From NCBI RefSeq assembly GCF_018977255.1, contig NW_024704742.1, positions 48,734,001 through 48,798,000 of the forward strand: a stretch of 64,000 bases of DNA. Reading direction: 5' to 3'. The stretch comes from Callorhinchus milii. Lineage: Eukaryota. Below, piece by piece: positions 24,871-36,063 of the stretch. How positions within the stretch are numbered: the stretch's first letter is position 1; each line of letters begins with the position of its first letter. The notes beneath the pieces are model-generated. The model made no database searches, was not told the DNA's origin, and was given only the letters and a program-made list of their open reading frames with translations. Position numbers and translations under genes: made by a program.

Positions 24871-25639
24871 TAGAAGTGTTGCATTTAAGATATCATAATT
24901 TGGAATTTTGAAGGACGATGCTATAATAGGGGCTGCAATTGTTCTATGATAGCTGTCACTGTTCTTTGGGAATTTTACTGAATTTAACTGAAGTATTTTG
25001 CATGTATGTAAATTCTTTTTATATCCTGAATTTTGTAGAAATATAATCAGTGCACACCCAGAGAATTGTGGCACTTTATTAGAACCAGATGAAAAACACC
25101 AGTAACAACTTTTTAATTTGCACGGACAAAATCACAATTCTTGGAAAAGGGGCAAGGTTATTGGTATTCTGTAATCTACCAGTGATAGATAGCTCTACTC
25201 CTTCAATAGGTTACTGTGTTTTATCTTTACACAAGAAACAGGGACTGCGTTGAATTGTTTACGATTCCAAAACTCCCCATTACATGGAATTACCGCAAAG
25301 TGGAATTCTGAAAATGTCTTTAGCACCTTTTGTTTTCAAACCAAATGCTAACCTTGTCAGAAGGGTGGCTTAACACAATTTCTTAGTTGTGAGATGGAGG
25401 AACAAATGAACCTATGTTGCTAAAAGGAGCATGAGAGATTGACAGCCTTGACTTTCAAGCTTTAAACAAAGGGCATGTGTCATTTGGCAGCTTTTGTTAA
25501 AGCAACAGCTTCTGAGCCAAGAATGTATTTGAAAAGTATGATGTTCAATAAATATCTTTAATGGTGAATATTTAGCATAACAGATGTCCGTGGCAGTTAA
25601 ACCAACGCAACATCCTGTTCATTTTCCACCCATGTTTCT

Positions 25640-25995
25640 CTTTCAATTTTCAATCCTCCTCTTTCTGCCCTGAATACGTTTGACCTTTTTTCTGCTGAGG
25701 TGTGGGTTTGTCCAATATCTCTCCCAAGTGACCATTATTTATGTGTGAGTTTGGCAGTGTGCATTGGAAGACTGTTTAACTGTGAAACTGTTTAACAAAG
25801 CTGAGCCCATTCTAATCCAATGTCCACACACGTGCCTTCTAGTAGGGTCTCTCAGATATATATCATCTGATTTTTCCTTGCTCCCCAACTGAGGAGCACT
25901 GAGGCCAATTGTAGCCCCAAACCACAGTCTGGCTGTGACCAGCGCAGATTAGGATTTAAATCCACCACTTTCTATGAGGCTTCAAGCTGTACTAA
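25640..25995 (-). repeat. old SINE-like repeat
   Basis: Similar to 61275-61615 (gcactgaggccaattgtagc, cccaagtgaccatt). Confidence 0.55.
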
Positions 25996-27309
25996 GGGGC
26001 CTGGGCCTCTATCTGCTGGACCACACATCGCATGACACAGTTCTGAAACACTGCAGAATAGACCTTGCTGCGTTGTTGCACGTGTGGCATTTGTCAACTA
26101 AGAATAAACTCAAATGCTTCAACAAAAGATTGGAAATGAAAACAGTGGGTACAAAATTCTCTTTGTAGTCATTCAGGATTAGATTCAGTCCTAATTTTTT
26201 TAGACGTTGCTTTTCAGTAAATTTCAAATCAAAAGCCACAATTTGATTTACAAACAAGAAGTTACTTTGTGTATTGACTAGTATTGTGAATATTAAATTT
26301 TCAAGTAAGCTAACAATTGGTTGCTAATTCTATAACATATATTCAGTTACAGTGAGTTTGACCTGTTGTAAAATTGTAAAATTTGACCTGCTGTAAAATT
26401 CATATAATGGGGCACTAAATTAAGAGGGTAAATTTGAATGCCTTTATCATCATTATGTCACCAAGAGTGAATAAATCTAAAAAAGCTCTTAATCTGGGAA
26501 CCATAAAACCCGATTAAATGCATTGAAGTACTACTGTCAGCAATGGAGCAAAAGTAGACAGAGGTGGAAAAAGTATGCTTTAAATTAGAGGTTTAAAGTG
26601 GAGCTTTTAGTCTGCAAGGGCAATATGAAGGCTGCTTCAACTTAATGCAGGTTTATATAACTCTAAGTTAGTCTTGAAGTTTATTTTTAAAGTGGGGCCC
26701 TTGTGTCACAAGGCTGTGGAGTGCTCTCTAAATCAGAACATGGCACGACAAGAAAGTGATTGCTTTAAATGGGGATAAATCAGCTTGAAAGCTGCAGTCT
26801 GATGAAGTGTACAGTATTAGCCAATGATTTCACTGACCCAGCTCACAACTCAAGGTCAGGTTGCTCAACAATCGACTTTGCACCAGTACTGAGACCACCT
26901 AGAGGAGGTGTTCATCCACCTAGAAGGGGCTACAATGTGCCTCAATAGAAGCAATAACCATAAATTGCACTTACAGGACCACCCTGTTATCACTCAGGTT
27001 TTCTTATAATGCTGTTGGGTTCTTGGACCCTGATGTTTTGTTACATGAAAATTCAAATTCCATTGTTATACTTGTCATCGCCCTTGAAATCCCATCATAA
27101 TAATATGACAATAATTTATATTTATAGAAAGCCCTTTGCATAGCATAACGTTTTGCTGCATTTTGCAATGAAGGAGTCAGATGCCGAGTAAGGGAGTAGC
27201 AATAGAGTAATACTGTAGTGGTCTGGGCATTTTGCTGACAAACCATCCAAATGTCACAATAGTAGCTGGCCAGCTTTCTGCATATATATTACATATATAT
27301 ATATATAAA

Positions 27310-27495
27310 CAAAATATTTGGTCACTCAATCCATGACTCTTTGTGAGACACTGCTGTGCAATTGGCAGCCACGTTTCGCACCCCCAAAAATATAGCCAAT
27401 TCACTTTACAGTATATTCTATGAAGCACTTTGAGATGTCTCAAAGATGTAATAAGGCGCTGTATCAAATGCAAGGATTATTATTATTATTATTAT
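27310..27495 (+). mobile_element. SINE 3' half
   Basis: Tail with (tat)n. Confidence 0.8.
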
Positions 27496-27904
27496 ATATG
27501 CACAGTGACTTCACAAATGGATGGTAAAGAAAGTTGCAGACAATAGCAACTAGATTTCCAAGAACATAGACTTAGGGGGAGAAACACACATTTGAACTTG
27601 TTTTCATTGGAAAGATTGTGAAGGGGGATTGTTAAGTGGATCAGAGGAATAAATGATGTGGATATAAAGCAGGCTATTTGACTTAGATTGTTTGAGCCAA
27701 ACTGGACAGAAGGTTATTCAATTTAAAGTCTCAAGTGGGCTTTGAGATTAATAGATGTTTTTGTCCTCAGAGTAATGTGGACCAGATTTCGAACCATTGT
27801 AGTTGATGCTTCATTGATTAACTCCTTCGGAAAAAAATGGAATAAGTAGCTTCCTGAAAATAGTGTTGGAGGTTCTAGGTTTATATAATAATAAATATTC
27901 AATT

Positions 27905-28160
27905 TAAAGTGTATTTTGTAGGTGAGCATGACACACAACCCACAACATCCCATAAACAGCCATAGAGTGAATGATCAACACAATCTGGGAGATTCTTTTG
28001 TTTATATATATATATATCATCTCATCTGAAGAACGGCACATCCAACAATGCAGCGCACCCCCTCTCCCGCATTGCATTGGAGCAGACTGTGAGTTCAAAG
28101 ACCCGACTGAGCCTTTGATCCTACAACTTTCTGACTGAGAGTGCTGCCAACTGAACCAAA
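27905..28160 (-). mobile_element. degenerate Deu-domain SINE
   Basis: tctcatctgaagaacggcac..ttctgactgagagtgctgccaactgaacca. Confidence 0.7.
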
Positions 28161-28249
28161 ATACTTCTGGGGATTGGGAATGTTTATGGAGGGTTAAGGC
28201 CAGGGTTGAATGGTGAAAAAGTGAAGACTGGGAAATAATCTCACTGATG

Positions 28250-28660
28250 CTGCTGAGTCAGAAGGTTGTGGGTTGAAGCCCTTTGTTTGGACTTGGAATC
28301 ACATGGTCTCAGATGACACTTCAATGCAATGCTGGGGTGTACTGCATTGTCAGAGATGCCATCCTTTGGATGAGATGTTTACCGCCCACTTGAATAGGTA
28401 GACGGTGACTCTGTTTAAAGATCCCATGGCACTATCTGAAAAGAGATGGTAGTTTCTCCTCATTTCCTGGCCAACAATCACCCAAATAATAAATTAAATC
28501 ACTCACTCCTTTCCTGTTTATGGAATATTGCTGCGTGCAAACTGGCTGCCGCGTTTTGCCCACAAGATACACGGTCAATCCACTTTTACAGTATATCCTG
28601 CAAAGCACTTTGAGATGTTTTGATATGATAAGGCATTAAATCAAATGCATGAATTGTTAC
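28250..28660 (+). mobile_element. Deu-domain SINE
   Basis: ctgagtcagaaggttgtgggtt..aaagatcccatggcacta..tail. Confidence 0.85.
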
Positions 28661-28849
28661 CATGAATTATTCTCCTCTTTCATTTATGCAGAAATCTACC
28701 GGGGGAATAGAATGGATGATAGCCTAGGTTTTGCATGGCTTGTCGAAGGAGTGGGCTAAATAACGTTCCCACTTCCATATTCTTTTAGGTCCATTAATTA
28801 GTGCTAGCCACCATTTGTAATGTATAACAGCCTGGCTTAGTTGGTATCC

Positions 28850-29267
28850 TCGTCCTCACCTTTAAGGCCATCCATGGCCTTGCCCCCTCCTACCTCTCTG
28901 ACATGCTGACTGCCTACCAACCTGCCCGCTCCCTCCGTTCATTGGGCTCTTGCTTGCTCCATGTCTCCCGTCCGACCCGCCCTACCATCGGTGGCCTAGC
29001 TTTCAGCCTCTCTGCCCCCACACTCTGGAACTCCATCCCACGGTCCCTTCGCCTTGCTTCCTCCCTCGCCTCCTTCAAGGCCGGTCTCAAGACCTTCTCT
29101 TTGACCATGCTTTTGGTCTCCCTCCCACCTCTCTGCCTTCCCTCACTCCTACCCCACCCCTCCCCCATGCTCGGGCCCCGATACCTGACTGTTCAGCACT
29201 TTGAGACATCCTCCCAACGTGAAAGGCACTCTATAAATGTAATTTTGATGTTGTTGTTGTTGTTGGT
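28850..29267 (+). mobile_element. L2 3' fragment nested in a Deu-SINE head (SINE pieces 28828-28850 and 29270-29430)
   Basis: PTIGGLAFSLSAPTLWNSIP and (ttg)n tail; the SINE resumes after the tail. Confidence 0.88.
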
Positions 29268-29559
29268 AGGTTTTTGAGTTAGTTAGAGGGTTTGGAGTTC
29301 AAGCACCATGTTGGGACATGGAACTTGTATAGTCTAACCCGGCACTCCAGTGCAGTGCTGGGGGCATACTGCATTGTCGGAGGTGCAAGCCTTCAGATGG
29401 ATATTAAACTGAGGTCCTGTCTGCCTGTAAGTGACTGAGGGCAGTGATGTTTCTCACTTAGTTCCTGTTAACACTGCAAGCCAAAGCCTTAACAGAGTGA
29501 TCCTAGCTGTATGAGCAGCTGGAAGCTTATAGAACGGTGCTTTCAATGGCAACCTATCT

Positions 29560-29820
29560 GGTTTTGGGCAGTCAAACTACAGCAGTTCCCCAACGTACAC
29601 TTTGGGTTCCCTGAGCCTTGGCTCTTAACAACATGTGTCTGATAATCTCTGGAAAGAAGGATGTGTTCTTCTGGGGAGTGAATGTGCATTCCATTCTAAA
29701 CGCAGAGTTATTTCCATGTGCAGGTGGCATACATATGTGGAACTCTTGGGTTTCCGAATGTGCCAAATACCCAGCTGACCCCAAAAATGCATGCAATAGC
29801 GGTTGGTCTGTTTTCAACTA
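29560..29820. repeat. unclassified ~270-bp interspersed repeat, copy 2
   Basis: Aligns by eye to 17484-17756. Confidence 0.75.
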
Positions 29821-30069
29821 GTATATCGATGTCTATATTAATGAAATGTTAACCCTGTAGTTTTTCTTCTTAAAGAAGGTGAAACTTTTGGGAATTGGTT
29901 GCTGTTTCAAACCTTCAATAAAGGTTGACCATAAATTGTCCAGGACATCAAAACAAGCAGAATTTGATGACCAGATTATTTAACCCTGTGGCTTTGCATT
30001 GACCCTGAGCTGAGATTAATTTGTACTCTTGATTATTATTTACAAATGTGCCTTGCCTTTTTCTTGCAG

Positions 30070-30139
30070 ATTGTTGAATGCCATCAAACCTGGAGCTGTG
30101 AAAAAGATCAATCGACTACCAACTCCCATTGCAGGACTA
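30070..30139 (+). CDS. LIMCH1: LIMCH1 coding exon (70 nt; [23 protein letters not shown])
   Basis: ttttcttgcag acceptor, CTA|gtaagt donor. Phase 2 start completes the GA+A codon from the previous exon; CH-domain motif. Confidence 0.95.
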
Positions 30140-31077
30140 GTAAGTTTTAGTTCTTTAGATTTAAGTTAATGGCACCATTTCTCATTTCTTTTTCATTTCC
30201 TTAGCCTTTTCTCTCCTCAAGGCTAGGATATGGCTTTATGGACGTCTGTGGTCTATGGTACTTTACCAAAATGATCCTTTTTGTGTTAGTCTGGAGAGCT
30301 TTGGTGAAATATTTGACTGCGAGGCTATTCAAGGTAACCCAAATCCTGCTTCCAGGTTACGCTTTCAATCTGTTGTTTGTGATTCATATCCCAGCTATAT
30401 ACAGTGCAGGCAGGCCTGTTTATAACATACTTAATTATGGAGCAGATTTGATTATAACTGTTGCACCATGGTCCCATTTGGCCGACTTTTTGTGCTAAAA
30501 TAGCCTACTTCCAGGTCAATAGATCACTGTCACAGGTGGGAAAGAATTGATGTCGGTGGTGACCTAATGATACAGATGTTGACCATTTTTTTACTGCACA
30601 AGAAGTCAGCTGATCCATGCTGGAAGCCAACCATGGGTTCAGAGGACATTCACCCAAAAGGATTGATCTGTGCAGCCTTTACCCACGTTGAGCAGTTTAA
30701 AAAACTATTAAGATCATTTTTTATGCTGTTTTTAAAAGATTAATACATATTTTTCTCAAGCCTCTCATAACTCACTCCAAGCAATTTGCTAGTAGCAGTG
30801 AGATGTTTCTCCAGAATCCTCTTCCAAGGGCAAACTATCCCTGCATTTCCCATCAAAACAGTTGAAGCTTTTATTGGAGCAGTGAAATGTGGTCATGCTT
30901 TATTTATGTGTGCGTATGAGAGAGACAGCTCGAGTTTTACAGCAAGACAGCTCATAATACAAGGGAAATGGATTTCACCAACATTTTTGGATTTCAGTGC
31001 AACAAAGAAATCAGGGGGTGAAGTCTCTAAGTTTTTTTTAAAAAGAATAATCCATTAAAAACATGACTTTTTCTGAA

Positions 31078-31277
31078 GCCCTGGCCAGCAATCCCACAAA
31101 TAATATTAGTCATCCACCTGATGGCTGTTTGTCAGACATTGCTGTATGCAAATTGTCTGTCACATTTGTCTACAAAATACACAATAACTACATTTTATAA
31201 TACAGTATATGCTGTGAAGCTCTTTGAGACATTCTCCCATTGTGAAAAGCCCTATATTAAATGCAAGGACTACTATA
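31078..31277 (+). mobile_element. SINE 3' half
   Basis: ccctggccagc..ggctgtttg..aaatgcaaggactacta. Confidence 0.75.
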
Positions 31278-32359
31278 AGGAAAACAGCCACCATACTTAA
31301 TGGTAAACACTTGTGTAGTGCTTTGAAACGTTTTGATGTGATAAGGTGCTTTAAAAATTATAGGTTTGTTCTTTAACACTGGCACTTTGTTTCCCTCCTT
31401 TTACGGCTGTGGTATTGTAAAAACAGGATATTATCCTTATTCTTGGTTCGTCTTGAGCTGCATGTTTTGTACCAGAACTGTGAGAAACAGCAGCTTCTTT
31501 TGACTGGTTATTGTGTTCAGACACGGGCCTTTGTTTTTCAAATTGCCCCGATCAACATGGCCAGTGTGACAAGAACTTGAGAAGCTGAAGGCTTGATTCA
31601 TAGTTCTCACAGCTTCACTCCAATACTGGCAGCCAACCACTAGCCAGAGGTCATAAAGTTGTCCTGTGTTCATTAAACTGGAAAGGGAAGAGGAAGAGGA
31701 AAGTGGGAGGGTGCAACTCAAGGTCTTGTCTCTGGGTTTGTGCTCAGAGTCTGTGCAATCTAAACACACATGTTGCTTTATGCTATTTGAGGGGGCAACA
31801 TTGTCTTAGGTTATGTCTTCTACTCAAAGTCAAATGATAAATAATTCAGTGTTTCATTCTTTGGCAGTATAAATGATGATTGAATTCTCGGAGATCGTAT
31901 GTTGTGAAGAGCGAGAGAAAATAAAATCCTTGCAATTTCTCCAGCCATAAAATACATGAGTGATGCCTTCATTTATACAGGCTGTCCCTGTTTTCCATCA
32001 CCTGGGAATCCCAAACAACACCTGAAAATAAATCAGTACTTATAGTTTTGCAAAGACATAAATTCAACCTGTTCTCTCAATGGGATTGATTGATTCCACT
32101 TGCATCTTGTTTATTGTTGCTGATGCATGCCTCTGTGAGAGACAAGACAATATTACTTCGTTATGAAGTTTTGCAGAAAGGCTGTATTTGTGGAATAATA
32201 TTGCAATTCAGTCAAAAATGCAATATTTGCACAATGGATTATTTCTGTTTTGCAAATATTGGATTCTGTGATTTTCGGCGAGATTTGTGCACAATGAATT
32301 GATGTTCGGAAGTTGGCTACATACAAGGAAAGACTGTGAGTTAAAAGGTTTTGCAAAAA

Positions 32360-32770
32360 CCTTTCTGCACTCACCATCTGGAACTCCATCAACCTTGCCC
32401 CCTCCCTTGACTCCTTCAAGATCTATATCAAGATCTTCCCCTTGGACCATATCTTCGGTCATTCCCCACCCCCCACCACCCATGCCCTCTACCCCTCCTG
32501 ACTCCAGCCTACAGCACAGAGGCAAACCTTTCACTAGCCAGCCTTGGGACTTCCTTCTGACGTGAAAGCCGGTATATAAATTCAAGTTGTTGTTATATCC
32601 ACACCTGTACCAAACTTTGAAACCTCATCACCCCAGTCCTTGCCAGGCTCCATTGCAAAACAGATTGATTTCAAGATCCTCACTCTCACCTACAAATCAC
32701 TGTAGCAGCTCCCTATGTCTCAACACCCACTCTCTACTCACCCCCTTTGTGCATCCTTCTGTTCGTTGCC
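32360..32770 (+). mobile_element. two adjacent degenerate L2 3' pieces
   Basis: ctggaactccatc..ctgacgtgaaagcc..ttgttgtt, then catcaccccagtccttgccaggctccattg. Confidence 0.7.
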
Positions 32771-33356
32771 CGATCCTTCTGCTCCATTGCACATTTGTCA
32801 GTCTATAGATATGATGAACTGCCTTGTAAAGTAACACTAGAATAAATATTGGAAATTCATAGCAGTTCATTCAGCAACTAAAAGAGAACAATAGGTTCAT
32901 GTTTCGGCCACAACTCATTCAGTACTTGCTAAAACCAGTGTTAACAGGGCTGTCACTTCCGCCTTGCATAACAATTTTGCTCCTTTGAATGGAGGCTTTC
33001 AGACTAATATTTCCTGCTCAGCACACCCTTTCAGTAACTTGTTTTATTATCTGAGGAAGTTCACTTAACAATGTTGTATCAGTATCTTTCACTGAAGCAG
33101 TAGGAACCAATCTTGATTATTCAGAAATTGTGTGGCAATAAACCTGAGCAGACTATAATACTAGGAAGTCGGTGGCCAACCTTAGGACTTTAAACATGAC
33201 TGCACTGTTTGACTAAATGCCATTTATTTCTCCATCTTCTTCCTTGCTTTGTTTCTTTGTCTTCACAACTCTCCCGAGATCCAAAATTGTGCATGGTTTT
33301 AGCCTCTAAACCATTGTCTTAACTTTTAAGATCATGCAGAATTATGGAATAGTCTT

Positions 33357-33845
33357 CAGCTTGGCTCAGTGGGTAGCATTTTTGCCTTTGAGTCAGCCTC
33401 TGGGTATTTTGTGTGTTTCGTCCACAAAATACACAGTCAATTCACTTAAGTATATCCTGTGAAGTGCTTTGAAACATCTAAACAATGTGATAAGTTGCTG
33501 TATCAAATGCAAGTATTATTATTAGTAGTAGTAGTAGTACTATAAAGCTATGGATTCAAGCCAAACATCAGTAGTTTGAGCTTCCAGTGTAGACTGAGGC
33601 ACTAGTGCAGTGTGTTAAACCAAGATGTTAAATCAAGATCCCATCTGTCTATTCAACTGGATGTTAAAGATCCTTTGGCCCTATTCAAAAAGAGAAGGGT
33701 ATTTTTCCCCAGTGTCCTGGCCAATAATCTTCCAGATAAAATTGGTCATTCACTTCATGTTGCCATTTCACGCTATTTGTAGGACATTGCGGTGCACAAA
33801 TTAGCTGCTGCATTCGACAACAGTCACTACATTTTACAGGATTGA
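33357..33845 (+). mobile_element. Deu-domain SINE interrupted by a second SINE tail (~33405-33540)
   Basis: Head cagcttggctcagtgggtagc, inserted tail with (tag)n, then the core resumes. Confidence 0.78.
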
Positions 33846-34609
33846 ATATTTCTTGATTCATGCCATTCATTAAGAAGTGCTCATTGAAGAAAAAACTGGA
33901 AACACAATTCATTGAACATGGACTTACCTATACAAGTGCGAAGATTTGGGAGAGCCACTTTGATGGCTCCGGGGGCCACATCCGGCCTGCAGGCCACCAC
34001 TGCTTTACAGTATATTGTGTGAATTGCTTTGAGAGCCTCCTGATGTATTCTGATTGTAATTATGGGAATTATTCAGGAAGCATTTTATATTTTAAAGCGT
34101 GAAATCACTATTGGATTAATGATGAATAAAGCCATTCAGTAAAATTTATTTGAAATGCAAGGGTAACCTTAGGTTACAAATCCATTGGATTTTTTTATGT
34201 TTCTTTTACACCTTGTGGCAAGTTACAACTATTTGAATCTCTTCCTCGATATGATATGTTTTGGCAGAAGCTGAACCAAATGACTTCTATATTTTATTTT
34301 AAAACCTTCTTGCAGGGATACAGAGTCAAGCTTCACTCATCTTTATGTGTGAGCTTTCACAGTGAGTGCCAACATAACAGCCAACCCTAGCCTGGTCTCA
34401 CCTGACGTCCACACGTGCAAACTTCCTGCACAATTTGTACTGCTTCTTAAATGGGTTGGATTGTGTTACACACTTCATCTCTGATGGGGGAAGTTATCTG
34501 AAAATCACACTTGTGCTCTCTTTTCATCTCCACCCCCCCTCCACCCCCCACCCCCCCAAAAAAACAAATGTTTCCTTCATAATAGTCAATAATATCGTTA
34601 TGTTAACCG

Positions 34610-34840
34610 AGAACATTATCTCGACCTTCAGATGAAACGTTAAACCAAGATTCTGTCTGCCTGTTCAGGTGGACATTAAAGATCCCATGGTACTATTCAA
34701 AACTAGAAGGAAGTTTCTTCCGGTGTCTTAACCAACATTCCGTAGCTGTGTGCAAATTGATATCATGTTTACCTGTACAAATTTACAGTCACTTTGAGAC
34801 CGGACATGGAAGGTTGTATATCAAATGCAAGGATTTGGTT
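34610..34840 (+). mobile_element. Deu-domain SINE fragment
   Basis: cagatgaaacgttaaacc..caggtggacattaaagatcccatgg. Confidence 0.8.
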
Positions 34841-35749
34841 TTACAGTTCTTCAGGGTTATTTTGATTTAATTTTTATATTAAATCCTGCTGTTCTTTTCA
34901 ATAGTTTTGCGGTCTGTCCTGGTTCATTTTTCCGCAAATCCTTAGTTTCCAAATCAGCATTACTCCCAGCTGTGATGCGAATTAGAAATTTAAACACAGC
35001 CAAAAGGTGGAGAAAACGTGAAACTTGGGGAGATCGCTACAAGAGTGCAGGATCACAAGGGAGGCTCGTGTGATAGATCAGACTCTGTGACTCAGCCCTA
35101 GGGATCACTTTATTTTTAAAAAAATATTTCTTTTGTGGGACAAGATCCTCCCAACAGTTTTTTTGTGTTTATTGTTTATCTGATGTTAACATCTTGGAGT
35201 AATAAATTAGTTACCACCAGTGTTTGCTGCCATTGCCAAGCTCCTATACCCAGGTGGCTGCAGTGTGCAGTTACAACATTCTGACATGGAAGGCTGTTAA
35301 GTTCTGATCACAGTCTCTGATCATCACAGTGTGATCAATGTCATGCCCTTCACCTGTGCTGAAATACCATGGGTTTTCCCTCCCCGTCGTGTTTATTATA
35401 CTGTATGGTCTTTGTGATTTAAACACTGAGCGCTCCAAGATGCTACCCGCTCGAAGAGGACCTTATAAATTGTTGTTGTTATACACTGCTTTGTTGTGCA
35501 AAACTGGCTGCACAGTTTAGATTTGCTGTTAAACCTTGCTGTGATTTATAGGACATCAAGCAGATGACATATTAATATTGTAGAGTTCTGAAAATACTGG
35601 CTTTCTAATGGGATTATTTAAGTAAGAAATACTGTTGAAAATCTAGTTGACTTTTAGAGGAATGACATTTATTCCACTATTTATTTCTGGAGCAGAGTTT
35701 GTGGGGTTACCATGATCTACTGACAGTTAACAAAGGAAATACCATTTGT

Positions 35750-36063
35750 ATAATAATAATAATAATAATCCTTGCATTTGATAAAGCGCTTTTCACGTCG
35801 GGAGGACGTCCCAAAGCGCTTCACAGAACACACTGTAAAGTGAATTGACTGTATATTTGTGCGCGAAGGCGACAGCCAATTGTGCACAGCAATGTCCCAC
35901 AAACAGTCGTAGATTGAAAATGACCAATTTATTATTGTTTTTTGTTTTGGAGGGATTATTATTAGGCGTGTGGAGTAAGGAAACTTGCCCAAGGTTTCGC
36001 CCTGCCTGGAATTGAACTCCGGTCTCTCACTTGCAAAGCGAGTGCTCTAATCACTGAGCTACT
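35750..36063 (-). mobile_element. young family B SINE (internally shortened)
   Basis: tRNA-like head, (aat)n tail, near-identical to 53773-53995. Confidence 0.9.
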
